A program made the position numbers and the translations under genes. DNA of 64,000 nt, from positions 125,550,001 to 125,614,000 of the forward strand of contig OY740781.1 in assembly GCA_963514005.1 (NCBI GenBank), written 5' to 3'. Below are positions 60,906-64,000 of the stretch, one piece after another (the stretch's first letter is position 1; every line of letters starts with the position of its first letter). The notes below the pieces were generated by a model that ran no database searches, was not told the DNA's origin, and saw nothing but the letters and a program-made list of their open reading frames with translations. Source of the DNA: Raja brachyura (taxonomy: Eukaryota).

Positions 60906-61094
60906 GACACTAATTGAGCAGGTCAGGCAGCATCCACTGGAGGGGATGAGGAATTTTCCATGTTTTGCGTTGATATCGTGCATCAGGATTGATTTTAGAG
61001 GGAAGATAACAGTATTGGGGGGAGATGGGGAGGGGTGGGAGAGGTGGACCGAGGAGAGGTGATCGAGGATGGGCAGGAGGAACCAGATAGGATT

Positions 61095-61412
61095 GAAACA
61101 TACAGAATAGTGAAAGAGTGAATGTGGAGAGGATGTTTCCACTAATGATAGAATCTAGGACTATAGTTCATACCCTCAGAATTAAAGGACGCTCTTTTTG
61201 GAAGGAGATGAGGAGAAATGTCTTTAGTCAGAGGGTGGTGAATCTATGGAGTTCTTTGCCACAGAAGGCTGTGGAGACCAAGTCAATGATATTTTTAAGG
61301 CAGAGATAGATAATTTCTTAATTAGAACAGGTGACAGAGGTTACGCGGAGAAGGCAGGAGAATGGGGTTAGGAGGGAGAGATAGATCAGCCATGATTGAA
61401 TGGCCGAGTAGA
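61095..61412 (+). mobile_element. CR1 3' fragment
   Basis: VERMFPL..ESRT..HTLRIKG...FSQRVVNLW.SLPQKAVE. Confidence 0.8.
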
Positions 61413-62126
61413 TGTAAATAGCTCGTTCTAAGCTTCCCCCCCAGTCTAGTTTCAGTCAATAAGATACTGAGTCAAGCACTTGCGCATGTAAACTTTATTT
61501 TGGAAAAACACAATAAGAATTCCCCACTACTATTACTAACCACCGTGGGTTCAATCCTTGTATATGCTTGGCCAAGCCCTCCTAGCCTCGTGCAAGCAGA
61601 GACACTCCAAAAGGTCACGCAGTCCTAAGCGTTCTCCCAGAAGATCGACACAGGACCTCGTGGGAGCCACCTTTTATAGGTCCCCGAACCACAGGGGGGT
61701 TGCCTCCTTACAGTCCAATAACAGGTATCGATTAACTCTGTACATGATAGACATTTCCCTAACCCAATAATACAGTAACCAATACATTGTATTCAAACTG
61801 AGCTTCTGGAAGGAAGCACACATAGCAACATTTGCCCAGATATTCAAGAAACCCAGACAAGGCTCAACACTTAACCAATCAACAGCTAGCAAAGTGAAGC
61901 TTTGCAACAATACTTACAATGTGTATGTCTGGTTTGCATTCACCCAATCCGTTTCATACAATTTACACCTAATTGTAAGAACCTGCAGATATCCCATTCT
62001 TTCCCTGCAACTATTATCAAGGCTCTAGACAAGCTGCCACCATTCTGCAGCTTGTCCCATTTCGGCAGAAGGCACATTTAAATTGACCAAATGGCTTAGC
62101 AGCCCAGAAGCCTTTACTCAATTTCA
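61413..62126 (-). mobile_element. Solo-LTR-like segment
   Basis: TG...CA ends, minus-strand TATAAAA (61672-78) followed by AATAAA (61494-99); interrupts a CR1 tail; no TSD found. Confidence 0.45.
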
Positions 62127-62229
62127 TGACCTTATGATGGAGCTGGGAGACAGAGGCAAGTGGGTGATAGGTGGAAGCAGAGAATGAAAATTAAAAGAAA
62201 TGAGCCACGTGGTGGCAGGGAACGGTGTT

Positions 62230-62475
62230 GGGCGAATGTTTACGTCACTTGGAAGGGTTGTTTAGGTCCCTGGATTGGAGTGAGGGAGGAGGTGCAGGAA
62301 CAAGTGTTGCTCCTCCAATTGCATGGGAAAGTGCCAAGGGCCGTGGAGGGGAGGGTGGGGAGAGATGAGCAGACTAAGGCTTCATGGAAGGAGTTGTCCC
62401 CGCGGAAGACCGAAAAGGATTGATAGGTGAATATGTTATTAGTGGTGGGATCCTGTTGCACAGATGGAAATGACG
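62230..62475 (-). mobile_element. Penelope fragment (linker before GIY-YIG)
   Basis: QQDPTTNNIF...SVFRGDNS...GTFPCN..NTCSCT...IQGPKQPFQV. Confidence 0.7.
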
Positions 62476-62490
62476 AAGGACAGTATATAT

Positions 62491-63655
62491 CCTTGTTGTT
62501 TTAGAAATGAACATTTCTGCTCTAACATAGTTCCATACTGTTGGTGAACTTTTTAATATCGTAAAGTCCCTCAACCTCTTTCTCTGGTCCATCTCCTTTC
62601 TTCCTTCACTTTCATTCTTAGACCTTCGATTAACCATTTCCCACACTGCCTTCCAAGAGAACCAAGAGAATCACCTAAATCTGGAGGCTGAATCATTGTG
62701 CACTTACCCAACAAGAATTCTATGTGTGTATCTTTAAATCACTATACATCTTGGAGCTCTGTGGTTTGCGGTTGAATTTCACGTTATTCCTTTGTCTTCA
62801 TGCCATGGAGTATCAGATTGGATTATTTTCTGTTACATTGTTACATTGTAGATTTGATATCAGATTAAATTACATTAAAATGTTGAAGATTCAATTATGT
62901 CCTGACTAATGTAGGTTCAGGCTTACCTAATTCTGATGTAATTTATTTATATTTATGTTGTATTTATCACATATTTAGTACAAATGAATGTGAATCACAT
63001 CTCAGGAGTAGTGTTTTGATCATTTAATAAGTATTTAAATGGTTACTAGCATGTTCTTGACCAAAGGTTTATAACAATTTGTATGAGTTATTGCATCCAT
63101 TAGACTATTAGTCATATTTTTAAGAATATGGACTCGCATAAATATTTTATTGTTAATTAGTGGAAACACTACCATGTATAATGTACAAGAAAATTTGCGC
63201 TTAATGATTGAGTCAACTCGGTGATCCTCAGTCATTTCTGAGATTTTAATTTCCTGGTGACATTTACAGAATTTAAATTTACATTCAATAAAAAATTAAT
63301 GAGGAAGAGGACATAAAGAAATTACAAGAAATAGAGACATATGTTGACGTTGCCATGAAGAGCAAAAGAACGAGGAATAAAACATTTTGACATTAATTTA
63401 TTTACTTGCAGTGAAAAATATTAACTAATCTGAAATTAATAAGAAAGAAATCCAGCTAAGTTTAGTATTATACCATTCCGTGGCACTGGAAGGCGGTGTG
63501 GGAAATGGTTAACAGAAGGTCTAAATACGAAAGTGAAGGGGGAAAGGAAATGGAACAGAAAAAGAGGAAGTTGAGGGGCATGACAATATTAAAGAGTTCA
63601 CCTTTGGAACCAGCAAGAGCCTAAACGTTCCTTACTAAAACATTTGATGACAAGG
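62491..63655. repeat. Diverged ~165-bp inverted repeat pair around an AT-rich spacer
   Basis: 62491-62656 aligns by eye to the reverse complement of 63487-63655 (e.g. TTAACCATTTCCCACAC / GTGTGGGAAATGGTTAA). Confidence 0.7.
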
Positions 63656-63761
63656 TGGCAAGAGTTCAGGGCATGCATGTTACTGTTAGAATGATGGATA
63701 AGGCAGGTGGGAGTTAAGAAGCTTGGATGAAAGAAGATAGAGAGAAATACAGGCTCTTGAC

Positions 63762-64000
63762 TTTGTGGCCAAGTTTGCAGATGATACAAAGATAGGTGAA
63801 GGGGCAGTTGGTGTAGAGGAAGCAGGGTGCCTGCAAAAGGATTTGGACAGATTGGGAGAGTGGCGAAAAAAGTGGCAGATGGAATACAGTGTAGCTAAGT
63901 GTGTGGCATGCACTTTGGTAGTCGGATTAAAGGTGTAGACTATTTTTTAAATGGGAAGAGAATTCAGAAATCGGGAGCACAAAGGGACTTGGGATTGCTG
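63762..64000 (+). mobile_element. CR1 RT fragment running off the window
   Basis: VAKFADDTKIG...LQKDLDRLGEW.KKWQMEY.V.KC. Confidence 0.8.

Overview
Repeat-dense vertebrate intergenic or intronic DNA. The repeat inventory (HE1/V-SINE-like SINEs, CR1, Rex1/Babar, Penelope and Harbinger MITEs) suggests a cartilaginous fish, probably a skate or ray (inference). No host protein-coding exon could be supported. The main feature is a young, complete DIRS-type tyrosine-recombinase retrotransposon (20381-25161, - strand). It carries gag, RT-RNaseH-methyltransferase (one in-frame TGA), an intact YR, short ITRs, an exact internal complementary region (ICR) and ATT cores at both ends. Its YR frame has no usable ATG, but two consensus-like splice donors join in frame to an acceptor at the YR start, which suggests an env-like spliced mRNA. 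Other contents: a decayed relative with well-preserved termini (1-1731), a full-length CR1 nested antisense in an older CR1, about 14 Penelope terminal modules with hammerhead-ribozyme cores, two hAT fossils (one hit by four nested insertions), an L1 with a 17-bp TSD, a Vingi-like LINE, two solo-LTR-like inserts and a 71-bp templated copy from 6.8 kb away. Family names come from motif recognition only; no searches were run.
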